DNA of 64,000 nt, taken from the NCBI GenBank assembly GCA_963775935.1, contig CAVZKR010000002.1, positions 159,687 through 223,686 on the forward strand. The letters run 5' to 3'. Positions within the stretch are counted from its first letter, which is position 1; each line of letters starts with the position of its first letter. This DNA is from an uncultured Chloroflexia bacterium. Its GTDB lineage: Bacteria > Chloroflexota > Dehalococcoidia > GIF9 > UBA5629. This document shows positions 20,162 through 29,860 of this stretch, piece by piece. Under the pieces are notes generated by a model. That model was not told where the DNA came from. It searched no databases and worked only from the letters and a program-made list of their open reading frames with translations. Both the position numbers and the translations under genes were made by a program.

Positions 20162-21459
20162 ACCCAATGGCTATTGGAATAGGGGGGATTCTCCTTCTCT
20201 TTGTCCTGATGTTCATGGGTATGCCACTGGGGTTGGCTTTCACGCTGGTTGGATTTGCTGGCTATGCGCTTACCGCTGGTTTTGGTGGTGCTCTCGGTCT
20301 GCTGCGGACGGTGCCTTTTACCAGCTTCTCGGACTATGGTTTCAGCGTGGTACCACTGTTCATGCTCATGGGCGCTTTAGCCTACTTCGGTCGCATGAGC
20401 GAAGACCTCTATGGAAATGCCTACCGCCTCCTCGGTAATATTCGCGGCAGCCTGGCTATGGCTACTATTTTTGCCTGCGGTGTCTTTTCGGCAATAAGCG
20501 GTTCATCGGTAGCCACCGCGGCTACTATGGGCAAAGTATGTCTACCTGAAATGAAACGGTATGGATACGATGATAAGCTTGCCACGGGCAGCGTGGCTGC
20601 CGGCGCTACCATGGATATCCTGATACCACCGAGCGTTATTTTAATCATTTATGGCATTATTGCTGAAGAGTCAATCGGTAAACTCTATATGGCTGGTTAT
20701 ATTCCCGGAGCAATACAGGTAGTAGTATTTATGGGCGTAGTCTGGCTAATGTGCTTGATTGATCGCAATGCAGGTCCTCCGGGGCCGAAGACCACGATTA
20801 AACAAAAATTGGCTGCGGTGGCGAACAGTTGGAGCGCGGCAATCTTAATTATATTGGTTATTGGCGGAATGTATTTTGGTATTTTCAGTGTTAATGAGGC
20901 GGCGGGGGTCGGTGCATTCGCTACCTTCATCGTTTGTTTAGCCCAGAGGAAAATGAATTTTCAGATATTCAAAGATGCCCTCAAGGATACCTTAAAAACG
21001 TCTGCCATGATTTTCGTTATGCTTGTAGGGGGCATTATTTTCGGCTATTTCCTCTCGGTAACCGGTATGACCAGAAGTTTTGGCGACTTTGTCATGGGAT
21101 TGGGAGTGTCCCGTTATGTCATTATTGCGGCTATGGTTATCCTGTATCTCATCCTCGGTGCTATCATGGATGAAATAGGTATGATTTTAATTACGGTTCC
21201 CGTGTTCCTGCCGGTGATTGAGGCATTGGGCTGGGACCCGATATGGTTTGGCATCATTGTGGTGCTGATATGTCAATGTGGCGCCATTAACCCACCAGTT
21301 GCTATTAACGTATTTATTATCAAGGGCATAGCGCCGGAAGTGCCTCTAAGTACCATCTATAAAGGTATACTTCCTTTCTCGCTGGCTACTGTAGTGCTGG
21401 TGATTCTGTTAATTGCATTCCCTGACATCGCCCTGATTTTGCCAAATACCATGAAATAA
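20158..21459 (+). CDS. dctM: TRAP transporter large permease
   Basis: 433 aa polytopic protein of DctM-family length. Its start overlaps the dctQ stop. Confidence 0.9.
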   Translation: MNPMAIGIGGILLLFVLMFMGMPLGLAFTLVGFAGYALTAGFGGALGLLRTVPFTSFSDYGFSVVPLFMLMGALAYFGRMSEDLYGNAYRLLGNIRGSLAMATIFACGVFSAISGSSVATAATMGKVCLPEMKRYGYDDKLATGSVAAGATMDILIPPSVILIIYGIIAEESIGKLYMAGYIPGAIQVVVFMGVVWLMCLIDRNAGPPGPKTTIKQKLAAVANSWSAAILIILVIGGMYFGIFSVNEAAGVGAFATFIVCLAQRKMNFQIFKDALKDTLKTSAMIFVMLVGGIIFGYFLSVTGMTRSFGDFVMGLGVSRYVIIAAMVILYLILGAIMDEIGMILITVPVFLPVIEALGWDPIWFGIIVVLICQCGAINPPVAINVFIIKGIAPEVPLSTIYKGILPFSLATVVLVILLIAFPDIALILPNTMK

Positions 21460-21516
21460 GTAGCGACACGCCGGCGGGCTGAAAAACAAAATGACAAACT
21501 CTAAGGAGAATAACGA

Positions 21517-21927
21517 ATGGCTGCAATTGTATCCTTTGTCGGTAAATCTGGTTCGGGTAAAACTACGCTTATTGAGGCAGCGGTTCGTGAGCTGAAAAAG
21601 AAGGGATTCAGGGTAGCCGTGGTAAAACATGCTCACCATGGTTTTGAAATGGACCGCCCGGGCAAGGATAGCTGGCGCTTTGCACAGGCGGGGAGCGATA
21701 TCGTAGCGGTCTCCTCCCCGGGCAGACTAGCTATGCTCGAGCATGTGGAAGATGAATTAAACTACGACCAGGTGATATCACGAATTGGTAGTAAAGTAGA
21801 TATCGTCCTGGTTGAGGGATTTAAGCAATCTTCCAAGGTAAAAGTTGATGTCTCCGGTGAGGAGAGGAACGAAGACGTTACTAAAGTCGTGGATTTTCTG
21901 GTTGAACAGATACAGCAGAGCAGGTGA
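21517..21927 (+). CDS. mobB: molybdopterin-guanine dinucleotide biosynthesis adaptor MobB
   Basis: VGKSGSGKTTL P-loop followed by VKH, 136 aa. Confidence 0.8.
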   Translation: MAAIVSFVGKSGSGKTTLIEAAVRELKKKGFRVAVVKHAHHGFEMDRPGKDSWRFAQAGSDIVAVSSPGRLAMLEHVEDELNYDQVISRIGSKVDIVLVEGFKQSSKVKVDVSGEERNEDVTKVVDFLVEQIQQSR

Positions 21928-22008
21928 TGAATCAGGTATGCAATCTGAAAGCGTTTAAATGAGGCAAACTACACTATCGAGTGCCCTAGCTTGAAAGGAG
22001 GAAACTAT

Positions 22009-24258
22009 ATGGCAGCTAATAAGGAATATGATTCGATCCATCGTACCACAGTCTGGTCAGCAGGGGCGGGTTGTCATGGTGGTTGTGGAGTCAAACTCTT
22101 TGTCAAAGACGGCAAAGTAGTCAAGGTTGAGGGTGATGAAAATCACCCCTGGAATCAGGGCAAAAGTTGCCCTCGTCTTCTGGCATTGACTCAGTATATG
22201 TATCATCCCGACCGGGTGACCACACCGCTGAAAAGGGTTGGTGAAAGGGGTGAAGGCAAATGGCAGAAAATTTCTTGGGATGAAGCTTATGATATCGTCG
22301 AGAAGAGGCTAACTGAAATCGGCGAAAAATATGGTAGGAAATCGGTAATCTTCTGCCAGGGCACCGGCAGAGACATCGGCGGTCCCATGTCGTTGCTGGC
22401 GTATTCATATGGCAGCCCGAACTGGGGGCAGATAGGATTATCAGGACAGTCCTGCTATACACCGCGATTGGCAGCTATGTTCGCTGCTTTTGGCGACTAT
22501 GGGGTGGTCGATGCCGGGCAATTCTTTGAAAAGAGATTTAATGACCCACAGTGGAAAGCGCCGAAGTGTCTTGTATTATGGGGACATAACCTGCCTTCAT
22601 CCTGCCCTGACGGTTTCTTCTCTCAGTCATGGCTTATGGAAATTAAAAAACGGGGTGCCAAGGTAATTGTCGTAGACCCCAGGGTCACCTGGATAGCTTC
22701 TAAAGCTGACTATCATCTCCGCATTCGTTCCGGCACCGATGGTGCTTTAGCCCTGGGTATGTTGCACATTATCATCAATGAAGGCTTGTATGATAAAGAG
22801 TTTGTGGAAAAGTGGACCTATGGCTTTGATGAATTAAAGAAACGTGTCCAGGAATTCACACCGGAAAAGGTGGCTGAAATTACCTGGATTCCAAAGGAGC
22901 AGATCATTGGCGCTGCCCGCCTCTATGCCGCCAGCAAGCCGGCGACTATGCAGTGGGGGGTACCGGTTGACATGTGCCCTCAGGGTGATGTGGTGGCGCA
23001 GGCAATTTGTCACCTCTGGTGCATTACCGGCAATCTCGATGTTCCCGGAGGTAATGTGATTGCTCGTTCCTCGCACGGCGTCACTGTCTATCCCATGAGC
23101 ACTGACCAGCTTGTTGTCCTCTATGGTGAGGAATTTGTCAAGAATGTGTTAAAGGAAAAAATTGGCGCAACTGAATATCCTATGGTCAGGGATTATCGGC
23201 ACTGGGTGCAACCTGACCTGGCTTTGACCCAGATGCTCACCGACAAGCCTTATCCCATCAAGGCAGCATGGATACAGACCACCAATATCCTTGGAGGACA
23301 GGCTGCTGACACCAAAGGCCACTATGATGCTTTGAAGAAGATGGAATTTGTTGTTGTGGTTGACCTCTTCCAGAATCCCACCAGTATGGCAGCAGCCGAC
23401 CTCTTCTTACCTGCTGCTACGTTTGCGGAAAAAGACAGTGCCAGGGCATGGTGGGCGCCGCTCAGTGTCACCCCCAAGGCAGTGCAGGTGGGAGAGTGCA
23501 AGAATGACTGGGAAATCAACTTCGAGCTGGCCAAGCGTTTTAATCCTAAAGTTGTACCCTGGAAAAATGTCAAAGAAATGTTCAATGACCGTCTAAAGCC
23601 GTCAGGCTTAACCTTTGAGGAGCTGGTTGCTCGTGGTACCTGGGCGATGCCGCCGGAAGGTCCTACTCGACCTTACCGCCGTTATGAAAAGGGCTTGTTG
23701 CGAGCGGATAAAAAAGCTGGGTTCAATACTCCTACGGGTAAGGTCGAACTGTGGTCGAAACGGTTGGAGGGGTGGGGACTCGATCCCCTGCCATACTATG
23801 AGGAACCGCCGGAAAGCCCGGTGAGAACGCCCGAGCTCTGGAAAGAATATCCTCTCATCATGGGCACCGGGCGTCGCTCGTCTGTGTTTTTCCATGCCGA
23901 GCACCGCATGATTCCCTGGCTCAGAAAACTAGACCCTTACCCAATTGTGGAAATTCATCCTGACGTTGCTAAAAAGCTGGGTATTGATGATGGAGAGTGG
24001 GTCTACGTGGAAAACAAGCGTGGGCGCATCAAGAGAAAGGCGAAGGTTACACCGATTGTCCCAACCTGGATGGTTATGGTGCCCCACGGCTGGTGGCTTC
24101 CCGAAACGCAGGGGGCGGAGCCGAACCTCTTCGGTGTCTGGGATTATAATTGCAATCAGCTGGTTCCTATGGGTTGTCATAGCAAGTCCGGTTACGGCGG
24201 TGGTGCTTATAAGACAATGCTTTGCCGGGTAACCAAGATAAAGGAAGGAGGAAAGTAA
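22009..24258 (+). CDS. cytoplasmic Mo/W-bis-pyranopterin (DMSO-reductase superfamily) oxidoreductase catalytic subunit
   Basis: N-terminal FeS-type segment AGCHGGCGVKLFVKDGKVVKVEGDENHPWNQGKSCPR, a molybdopterin-binding core, and a C-terminal VEIHPDVAKKLGIDDGEWV barrel domain. No Tat/Sec signal. The ATG at 22009 is preceded by GAAAGGAGG. Confidence 0.85.
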   Translation: MAANKEYDSIHRTTVWSAGAGCHGGCGVKLFVKDGKVVKVEGDENHPWNQGKSCPRLLALTQYMYHPDRVTTPLKRVGERGEGKWQKISWDEAYDIVEKRLTEIGEKYGRKSVIFCQGTGRDIGGPMSLLAYSYGSPNWGQIGLSGQSCYTPRLAAMFAAFGDYGVVDAGQFFEKRFNDPQWKAPKCLVLWGHNLPSSCPDGFFSQSWLMEIKKRGAKVIVVDPRVTWIASKADYHLRIRSGTDGALALGMLHIIINEGLYDKEFVEKWTYGFDELKKRVQEFTPEKVAEITWIPKEQIIGAARLYAASKPATMQWGVPVDMCPQGDVVAQAICHLWCITGNLDVPGGNVIARSSHGVTVYPMSTDQLVVLYGEEFVKNVLKEKIGATEYPMVRDYRHWVQPDLALTQMLTDKPYPIKAAWIQTTNILGGQAADTKGHYDALKKMEFVVVVDLFQNPTSMAAADLFLPAATFAEKDSARAWWAPLSVTPKAVQVGECKNDWEINFELAKRFNPKVVPWKNVKEMFNDRLKPSGLTFEELVARGTWAMPPEGPTRPYRRYEKGLLRADKKAGFNTPTGKVELWSKRLEGWGLDPLPYYEEPPESPVRTPELWKEYPLIMGTGRRSSVFFHAEHRMIPWLRKLDPYPIVEIHPDVAKKLGIDDGEWVYVENKRGRIKRKAKVTPIVPTWMVMVPHGWWLPETQGAEPNLFGVWDYNCNQLVPMGCHSKSGYGGGAYKTMLCRVTKIKEGGK

Positions 24259-24260
24259 CT

Positions 24261-24593
24261 ATGGCTCGAAATGGTTTGCTCATTGACTACGGAGCCTGCA
24301 TCGGCTGTTATACCTGTGTGGTAGCCTGCCAGCAGGAGCACAACTACCCTGAAGAGAGATATGGCATTAAGGTTACCGAGTATACCCTTGAAAATTTCGA
24401 CAAGGTAGATATTGAATATGTTCCGTTCCCTACCGATCTCTGCGACCTCTGTGCCAAAAGGATAAAGGCTGGCGAGAAGGACACGGCCTGTGTCAAGCAC
24501 TGTCCTGCTGCCTGCATGTACTTTGGACCCATTGCTGAGCTGGCAAAGCGAATGGAGAAGAAGGCAAAAATGGTGCTGTTTGCACCCAGATAA
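24261..24593 (+). CDS. small 4Fe-4S ferredoxin-like subunit, copy 1
   Basis: MARNGLLIDYGACIGCYTCVVAC plus a second Cys group (CDLC...CVKHCPAAC). It starts 3 nt after the catalytic subunit stop. Confidence 0.8.
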   Translation: MARNGLLIDYGACIGCYTCVVACQQEHNYPEERYGIKVTEYTLENFDKVDIEYVPFPTDLCDLCAKRIKAGEKDTACVKHCPAACMYFGPIAELAKRMEKKAKMVLFAPR

Positions 24594-24698
24594 CCAGGGA
24601 GGCAAATTTTCCGTCTTTGATTGGCACCAGCCGCGGGGAAGATAATTGGCGACTGTATCGGTTGCCGCAGGTCTCTTGTTGATGTTGAATTTTCATTC

Positions 24699-24767
24699 AA
24701 TCGCAAGACGACAGATCGCGGTGGTGCCTTCAAAATGGTGCTCTGCCGGGGAACCAAAATGAAATAA
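24699..24767 (+). pseudogene. 3'-terminal remnant of a second catalytic-subunit gene
   Basis: Own translation NRKTTDRGGAFKMVLCRGTKMK* aligns with the C-terminus of the 22009..24258 product (SKSGYGGGAYKTMLCRVTKIKEGGK*). It lies in the same position relative to ferredoxin copy 2. Confidence 0.45.
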
Positions 24768-24782
24768 GAAGGTAATGTAAAC

Positions 24783-25112
24783 ATGGCGAGAAATGGTTTG
24801 CTTATTGACTATGAATACTGCACTGGCTGTCATACCTGTGAGGTAGCCTGCAAGCAGGAGCACAACTATCCCGCAGGTAAGTGGGGCATCAAGGTAACAG
24901 AGTATGTGTTGGAAACCTTCGATAAGGTTGCAATCGACTATGTTCCTTTTCCCACTGATCTTTGTGACCTCTGCAGCAGGAGGACCAAGTCCGGTGAAAA
25001 GCCAGCCTGCGTCAAGCACTGCCAGGCTTTCTGTATGTATTACGGTCCTGTCACGGAGCTCGTGAAGAAGATGGAGAAAAAGGCAAAGACCGCACTCTTT
25101 GCTCCCAGGTAG
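24783..25112 (+). CDS. small 4Fe-4S ferredoxin-like subunit, copy 2 (tandem paralogue, ~70% identical by eye)
   Basis: MARNGLLIDYEYCTGCHTCEVAC..., collinear with copy 1 over its full length. Confidence 0.8.
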   Translation: MARNGLLIDYEYCTGCHTCEVACKQEHNYPAGKWGIKVTEYVLETFDKVAIDYVPFPTDLCDLCSRRTKSGEKPACVKHCQAFCMYYGPVTELVKKMEKKAKTALFAPR

Positions 25113-25125
25113 GTGGGTTGTTACT

Positions 25126-26433
25126 ATGGCGAAACATTCTGAACAAACAAAGAAAATGGCAACTGCTGATTCTCCTGAGATTGACGAGGGCGCCAGCTAC
25201 CTTGGCTACCAGGATGCTCTCAATCTGGTGTATGCCAATGTTCATTCTGTTGCTACCGAGAAGTTGCCCCTCGATGCCTGCGCTGGCCGTATCGTAGCCG
25301 AAGACCTGGTAGCGCTGGTCGATAATCCCTCTAGTGACGTCTCTCTCAAGGATGGTTTTGCCATAAAATCCGAGGATATCGCTCAGGCGTCTGCTCAACA
25401 TCCAGTCCGCCTTCCCGTGATCGGGTCGGTGTTTGCCGGTGCGGTGTTTCAGGGTGAAGTTGCCCATGGCGCTGCGGTTAAAATCTGTTCAGGCTCGCCG
25501 ATACCCCGTGGCGCTGACGCCGTAGTTGCTGAAGAGTTCTGCCAGGAAATAGCGTCTGAGGTAGAGGTAAAAGCCAATGCCGAGCCCGGCAGGAACATAC
25601 TCCGTGGCGGGGAGGAAATAAAAGCCGGGGCGATTGTCATTGAAAAGGGAAAGTCGTTGTTGCCCGGCTACCTGGGGCTGGCTGCTGTTGGCGGCATAAG
25701 CCGTGCTATGGTCTACCGCAGACCGAAAGTTGCGGTTATCGCTATTGGCGATGAAGTGGTCGCTCCGGGCAGGAAACTCCGTACCGGACAGCTCTACGCC
25801 AGCAACCTGGTTACCACTTGCGCCTGGCTGACTTTCTATGGAGTTTCTTCTGTTAATGCTGTCATCGGCGATGATAAAGAAGCCATTCGGTCAACATTGC
25901 TGAAGCACATAGAAGATGTGGATGCCATTATCACCAGCGGTGGCGCCTGGGACAGCGAACGCGACCTGGTGGTGGGCATACTCGATAAGCTTGGCTGGCG
26001 CAAGTTTTTTCACCACGTCCGCATGGGACCGGGCAAGGGCATATCCTTTGGGCTTCTTAATAATAAACCAGTGTTCTGCCTGCCCGGCGGCCCTGCCAGT
26101 CACGAAAAAGCGTTTCTCCAGTTTGCTCTTCCCGGCATCGTGCGCATGGGCGGGCAAATGAAGCATCCTCTCCAGATCTTAAGCGCCAGGCTCACTCGAA
26201 ATATGAAAAGCCGCCATTTGAACTGGACTGAGTTTAAAGATGCCTACCTGTCTCAGGATGCTGATGGCAACTATTTAGTAACGCCATACCGCAATCTCAG
26301 CCGTTTACAGGCTATCGCCAGAGCGAGCTGCCTCATCTGTATCCCCGAGGGTAAGGACTCGCTGAGCGCCGGCGACATGGTGCCTGTGCAGCTCCTCACC
26401 CCCACCTTACGCGACCTGGAAATGGCTCCTTAG
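25126..26433 (+). CDS. moeA: molybdopterin molybdotransferase MoeA
   Basis: MoeA domain order with the GDE...TSGG motif region (ITSGGAWDSERD). ~435 aa. Confidence 0.85.
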   Translation: MAKHSEQTKKMATADSPEIDEGASYLGYQDALNLVYANVHSVATEKLPLDACAGRIVAEDLVALVDNPSSDVSLKDGFAIKSEDIAQASAQHPVRLPVIGSVFAGAVFQGEVAHGAAVKICSGSPIPRGADAVVAEEFCQEIASEVEVKANAEPGRNILRGGEEIKAGAIVIEKGKSLLPGYLGLAAVGGISRAMVYRRPKVAVIAIGDEVVAPGRKLRTGQLYASNLVTTCAWLTFYGVSSVNAVIGDDKEAIRSTLLKHIEDVDAIITSGGAWDSERDLVVGILDKLGWRKFFHHVRMGPGKGISFGLLNNKPVFCLPGGPASHEKAFLQFALPGIVRMGGQMKHPLQILSARLTRNMKSRHLNWTEFKDAYLSQDADGNYLVTPYRNLSRLQAIARASCLICIPEGKDSLSAGDMVPVQLLTPTLRDLEMAP

Positions 26434-26506
26434 TTCACTCCTGTCGTCGCAAAACATTTCCCCTGTTGCCGTGAGCTATCCCCCTGTATTGCGGCCTATC
26501 TATTTT

Positions 26507-26588
26507 GTCATTGCGAGGAACGCAGTGACGAAGCAATCGCTACGTTATCAATTAGACAAAGAGATTGCTTCGCTTCGCTCGCAATGAC
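26507..26588. repeat. palindromic REP/MITE-like element, full copy (boxA-boxB-loop-boxB'-boxA')
   Basis: GTCATTGCGAGG..GACGAAGCAATC ... GAGATTGCTTCG..CTCGCAATGAC. Confidence 0.85.
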
Positions 26589-26631
26589 ATCGAAATAATA
26601 GTACGCATGTAGGGGCGTACCTTGCTACTCT

Positions 26632-27081
26632 TTATAAACGCCCGCCCGGATTTGCTTTCTGGAAATCTCCAGTGCCCAGCATGATAGACATCTGGATATG
26701 CGGTCTCTCAAATTTTGTCCACGTTACCTGACCGTGTTCTACTCCTTTGGGTAGAAAGAATGCTGCGGTCTTATTGCAGACATATTTTTCACCGCCGATG
26801 TAGCTCTCTATTTCTGCTCCCAGATATTCGGGGCGTTGCGGGTCGGAGCCGATATTCAGGGCAATCTGGTCGTAGGGATGGGAATGGAGTTTAGGTACCA
26901 GAGCTCTGGGCTCCGGCATTTCGTATATCCATGCCAGCTCCAAATAGACATTACAACCTGGTACGAGTTTATTGCTCATATAGGTTAAGGTGGGATTGGT
27001 GCGCCCTTTCAGGTTCAAACCGGCAGCAACCTCGCGAATAGGCAGTGTTATCATGTAGTTACCAGCGTTTGATTCAGACAT
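26632..27081 (-). CDS. hypothetical protein, possibly cupin-fold
   Basis: 149 aa from the ATG at 27081 (preceded by AGGAGGAG). HSHPYDQ ... GVEHG spacing resembles cupin metal motifs. The track ORF extends to 27168. Confidence 0.5.
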   Translation of the reverse strand: MSESNAGNYMITLPIREVAAGLNLKGRTNPTLTYMSNKLVPGCNVYLELAWIYEMPEPRALVPKLHSHPYDQIALNIGSDPQRPEYLGAEIESYIGGEKYVCNKTAAFFLPKGVEHGQVTWTKFERPHIQMSIMLGTGDFQKANPGGRL

Positions 27082-27255
27082 GTTGTATCTCCTCCTTTTA
27101 TTTTGTGTGACGACTGATGGGCGGTAATTATTTGGGAAACGAACTGTGACCGGACTGTATTCTATCAATTATAGTGTCGGTGTCAACCGTAAATAGCTCG
27201 TGTGTAAAAATATTGTACAGGCGATTTGTTAATACCTTTTTGGTAGAATAGGGGT

Positions 27256-27840
27256 ATGTACAAGTTTCCCATTTCTAGGCTTAAGGGTTTTATCCCTACG
27301 ACAATTTTCGGCATTGTTCTTTGGCTTGGTCAATGGTGGGCGGAGGAAAAAGGCTTGATTAAACAAGAAAATGCTGACATTATCTTATATGTTGCTATTG
27401 CTATTTTCGTTGGTGGGCTAATATATATGCTGTGGCCGTGGTTATCACAAATATCCCCAATTAGAATTCGAAGTCCATTTACTATAAGAAAACAAGGGCA
27501 ACATTTCTCTAATCAGATAAAGAAAATACCAAGTCGAATAGAATATGATAATGTCCTTTGGGAAGATGGAGGTACACGCTATTGGGGTAGTGGTGTTGTG
27601 GTTATTGGCCCTTTATGCCCTAACGATTTTACGCCTTTATGTACTGAAGATCGTGGTCAAATTAATAGTAACCCAAGTGAAGATACGTTAATTTCTGATT
27701 CTGATTATAACTCGCGGTTGTTTTGCTTGAAGTGTAAAAGTAAATATACCTTAGGCACAGAACCAAAGAGTATAGAAGATTCACGAGATGAGGTTAATAA
27801 TCTCTTTGAGGGAAAGAGAAGGCGTGAGCAAGAAACTTAG
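27256..27840 (+). CDS. hypothetical membrane protein with C-terminal Cys4 zinc-ribbon-like module
   Basis: Two N-terminal TM helices. CPNDFTPLC ... CLKCKSKY. AT-rich. Confidence 0.5.
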   Translation: MYKFPISRLKGFIPTTIFGIVLWLGQWWAEEKGLIKQENADIILYVAIAIFVGGLIYMLWPWLSQISPIRIRSPFTIRKQGQHFSNQIKKIPSRIEYDNVLWEDGGTRYWGSGVVVIGPLCPNDFTPLCTEDRGQINSNPSEDTLISDSDYNSRLFCLKCKSKYTLGTEPKSIEDSRDEVNNLFEGKRRREQET

Positions 27841-27958
27841 ATTGCTTTTTGCGTTAGTTCTATATATGGAAGGTTATCAGGTTTGATTAGCTCTAGTAGC
27901 GTTGACCTTCCCCCAGTTTTAGTATAACCGTCTATTAGAGTCCCACCGCCATTCTTAT

Positions 27959-28111
27959 TCATATATCTTTGACACCGTCTTCATCGTAAGTAAAAATGTC
28001 CTCAATCTTGACGTCGAACAGTCTGGATATTTTGAAGGCAAGGGGAAGTGAGGGGTCGTATTGGCCTTTCTCGATGTGATTATTCGAGGTATTCAGGTGA
28101 TTAATATGCTG
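27959..28111 (-). pseudogene. C-terminal remnant of an XRE/Cro-type HTH regulator
   Basis: Own translation ...NNHIEKGQYDPSLPLAFKISRLFDVKIEDIFTYDEDGVKDI* matches the recognition-helix/C-terminal half of XRE HTH proteins. No start codon and no helix 1-2 region. Confidence 0.5.
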
Positions 28112-28123
28112 CTATAAAGCACT

Positions 28124-28879
28124 TCACCTTTGATTAATACTCTGGAAGATCTGCTCGAAATTAGTTCTCGAGCTCATTACTGAGCGTCTGTCTTCACCTA
28201 TTACTATTTCATATTCATCATTTGCCAGTGCTGTCAGAGTTGCCTTGGCGACCTCTGATGGTGGTATCCCTTTCAATTTTTGCTCACCAGCTTTGGTGCT
28301 TCTATCGAATATCTCAGTATCCACTATCGGCGGTATAATTTCGAATACTTTTATATTCTTATCCCTCAATTGGTGTCTCAATGATATCGTGAACGAATGA
28401 ATTGCTGCTTTAGTAGCACAATAAAGGGGTTTACTGGCTTTGGGAACAAATGCCATCCCTGAACCTATATTGATAATTGCCGCCTCTGCTCTTTTGAGGA
28501 ATAATGGAATGAAATAGGAAGACAGGTGAACCGGGGCGATGAGGTTAATATCGATTTCACTATCATCATCAAGTAAGTCCTGAGTCCCGTTCTTGAAATT
28601 TATCCTCCTCTGAATTCCGGCATTGTTAATTAAAACATTGATGTCTTTGAAACTATCTTTGACCCAGTTGAATAATGCTTCACGTTCCTTCTCTTTGGAT
28701 ACATCACATACTCTAATCTGTAGTTGTGGCAGCTTTTGCTGGGCTTCTTTGAGTTTGTTTTCCCTTCTTCCGCAGATAATTACCTTATTGCCAGCATTGA
28801 TTAATACTTCAGCCAGTGAGAAACCAATACCTGTGGCCCCACCGGTAATCAGGACTGTGTTATTTTTTGTTTTCATCAC
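28124..28879 (-). CDS. short-chain dehydrogenase/reductase (classical SDR)
   Basis: TGGATGIG, NNAG and YCATKAA motifs. Confidence 0.85.
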   Translation of the reverse strand: MMKTKNNTVLITGGATGIGFSLAEVLINAGNKVIICGRRENKLKEAQQKLPQLQIRVCDVSKEKEREALFNWVKDSFKDINVLINNAGIQRRINFKNGTQDLLDDDSEIDINLIAPVHLSSYFIPLFLKRAEAAIINIGSGMAFVPKASKPLYCATKAAIHSFTISLRHQLRDKNIKVFEIIPPIVDTEIFDRSTKAGEQKLKGIPPSEVAKATLTALANDEYEIVIGEDRRSVMSSRTNFEQIFQSINQR

Positions 28880-28975
28880 TTTCTCCGCTATTCCAGGATT
28901 TGCCTGTAGTAACTATAGTATATTAAAAAGTATCATTTGATTCGGGCAAATTATAGCTCATAACTCAAAGATATT

Positions 28976-29812
28976 TTACGACGGCTGCTCTAAGTGGAGA
29001 CGACGAGACTCGCGCAGACGCCGGAAGAGAAGAGTCAAACTTACTGCCGCCACCGCCAGATTGCCAATAACCACAATAACTAACTGCCCAACCGTTGGAC
29101 CACCGAAGGAGTAGATAATATCCCAGAGGGAGTGGAGAATCACCGCTACTATGAAAGCTCCGACTACCGTGAAATTTACTACCTTTCGTCCCTTTCGGTT
29201 TCGTTCTCGCCAGAGCACCGCACAGACAAAACCAGTCCACGCAGCGTGACCTGCAGGTGCCAGTAAGCCGCGAATAAATAATACCTCTTCGAATGAGCCA
29301 ATGTCGCCACGTGAAGCGATCAACGTTGTCAAACCATAGCCCATAGTTTCCAGCGCCGCAAATCCCATGCCACAGGCAACACCGAAAAGTAATCCATCAG
29401 CTTCTGAGCGATACTGCCAGCGAATGAAAATAATAACCGGCAGGATGAGCTTGACAACTTCCTCGATGAATCCTACGCCGAATAGCCCCAGGAACGACGT
29501 ATTCTGCAGGGTTGCATATTCAATAGTCGCTGCAGCCGCTACACCGAGTATTCCCCCAACGAGAAAACACATTGCTGCTATTGTAATCGGTGATTGCGCC
29601 TGATGTACCTCACGGTCAATAGCACGCTCTTGCCCGTAGAAATAGGCTACGAACGTTAACGGTACGACAAAGGCTCCCAGCAGGAGCACAGTGGGGACCA
29701 AATTTAGATTCTGAGTTAGCTTTAATGCCTGCTCAGTAGCGATGAAGAGGATGATTCCTCCGACAAGAATTTGGAACCATCTACTGCGTAGAAAACCCAG
29801 TCCCTTTTTCAC
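28976..29812 (-). CDS. PrsW-family intramembrane metalloprotease
   Basis: FIEEVVKL and HAAWTG motifs in a polytopic protein. Confidence 0.8.
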   Translation of the reverse strand: MKKGLGFLRSRWFQILVGGIILFIATEQALKLTQNLNLVPTVLLLGAFVVPLTFVAYFYGQERAIDREVHQAQSPITIAAMCFLVGGILGVAAAATIEYATLQNTSFLGLFGVGFIEEVVKLILPVIIFIRWQYRSEADGLLFGVACGMGFAALETMGYGLTTLIASRGDIGSFEEVLFIRGLLAPAGHAAWTGFVCAVLWRERNRKGRKVVNFTVVGAFIVAVILHSLWDIIYSFGGPTVGQLVIVVIGNLAVAAVSLTLLFRRLRESRRLHLEQPS

Positions 29813-29860
29813 AACTATCCCTCCATTCTTAAAGATGGCAGAGCTGTTTCAGGATAACAC

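Noticed and set aside
21928-22008. Moco riboswitch upstream of the Mo/W oxidoreductase
   Set aside because: The intergenic region is only ~80 nt and lacks the conserved Moco-motif blocks I remember. It is too short for the ~130-nt aptamer.
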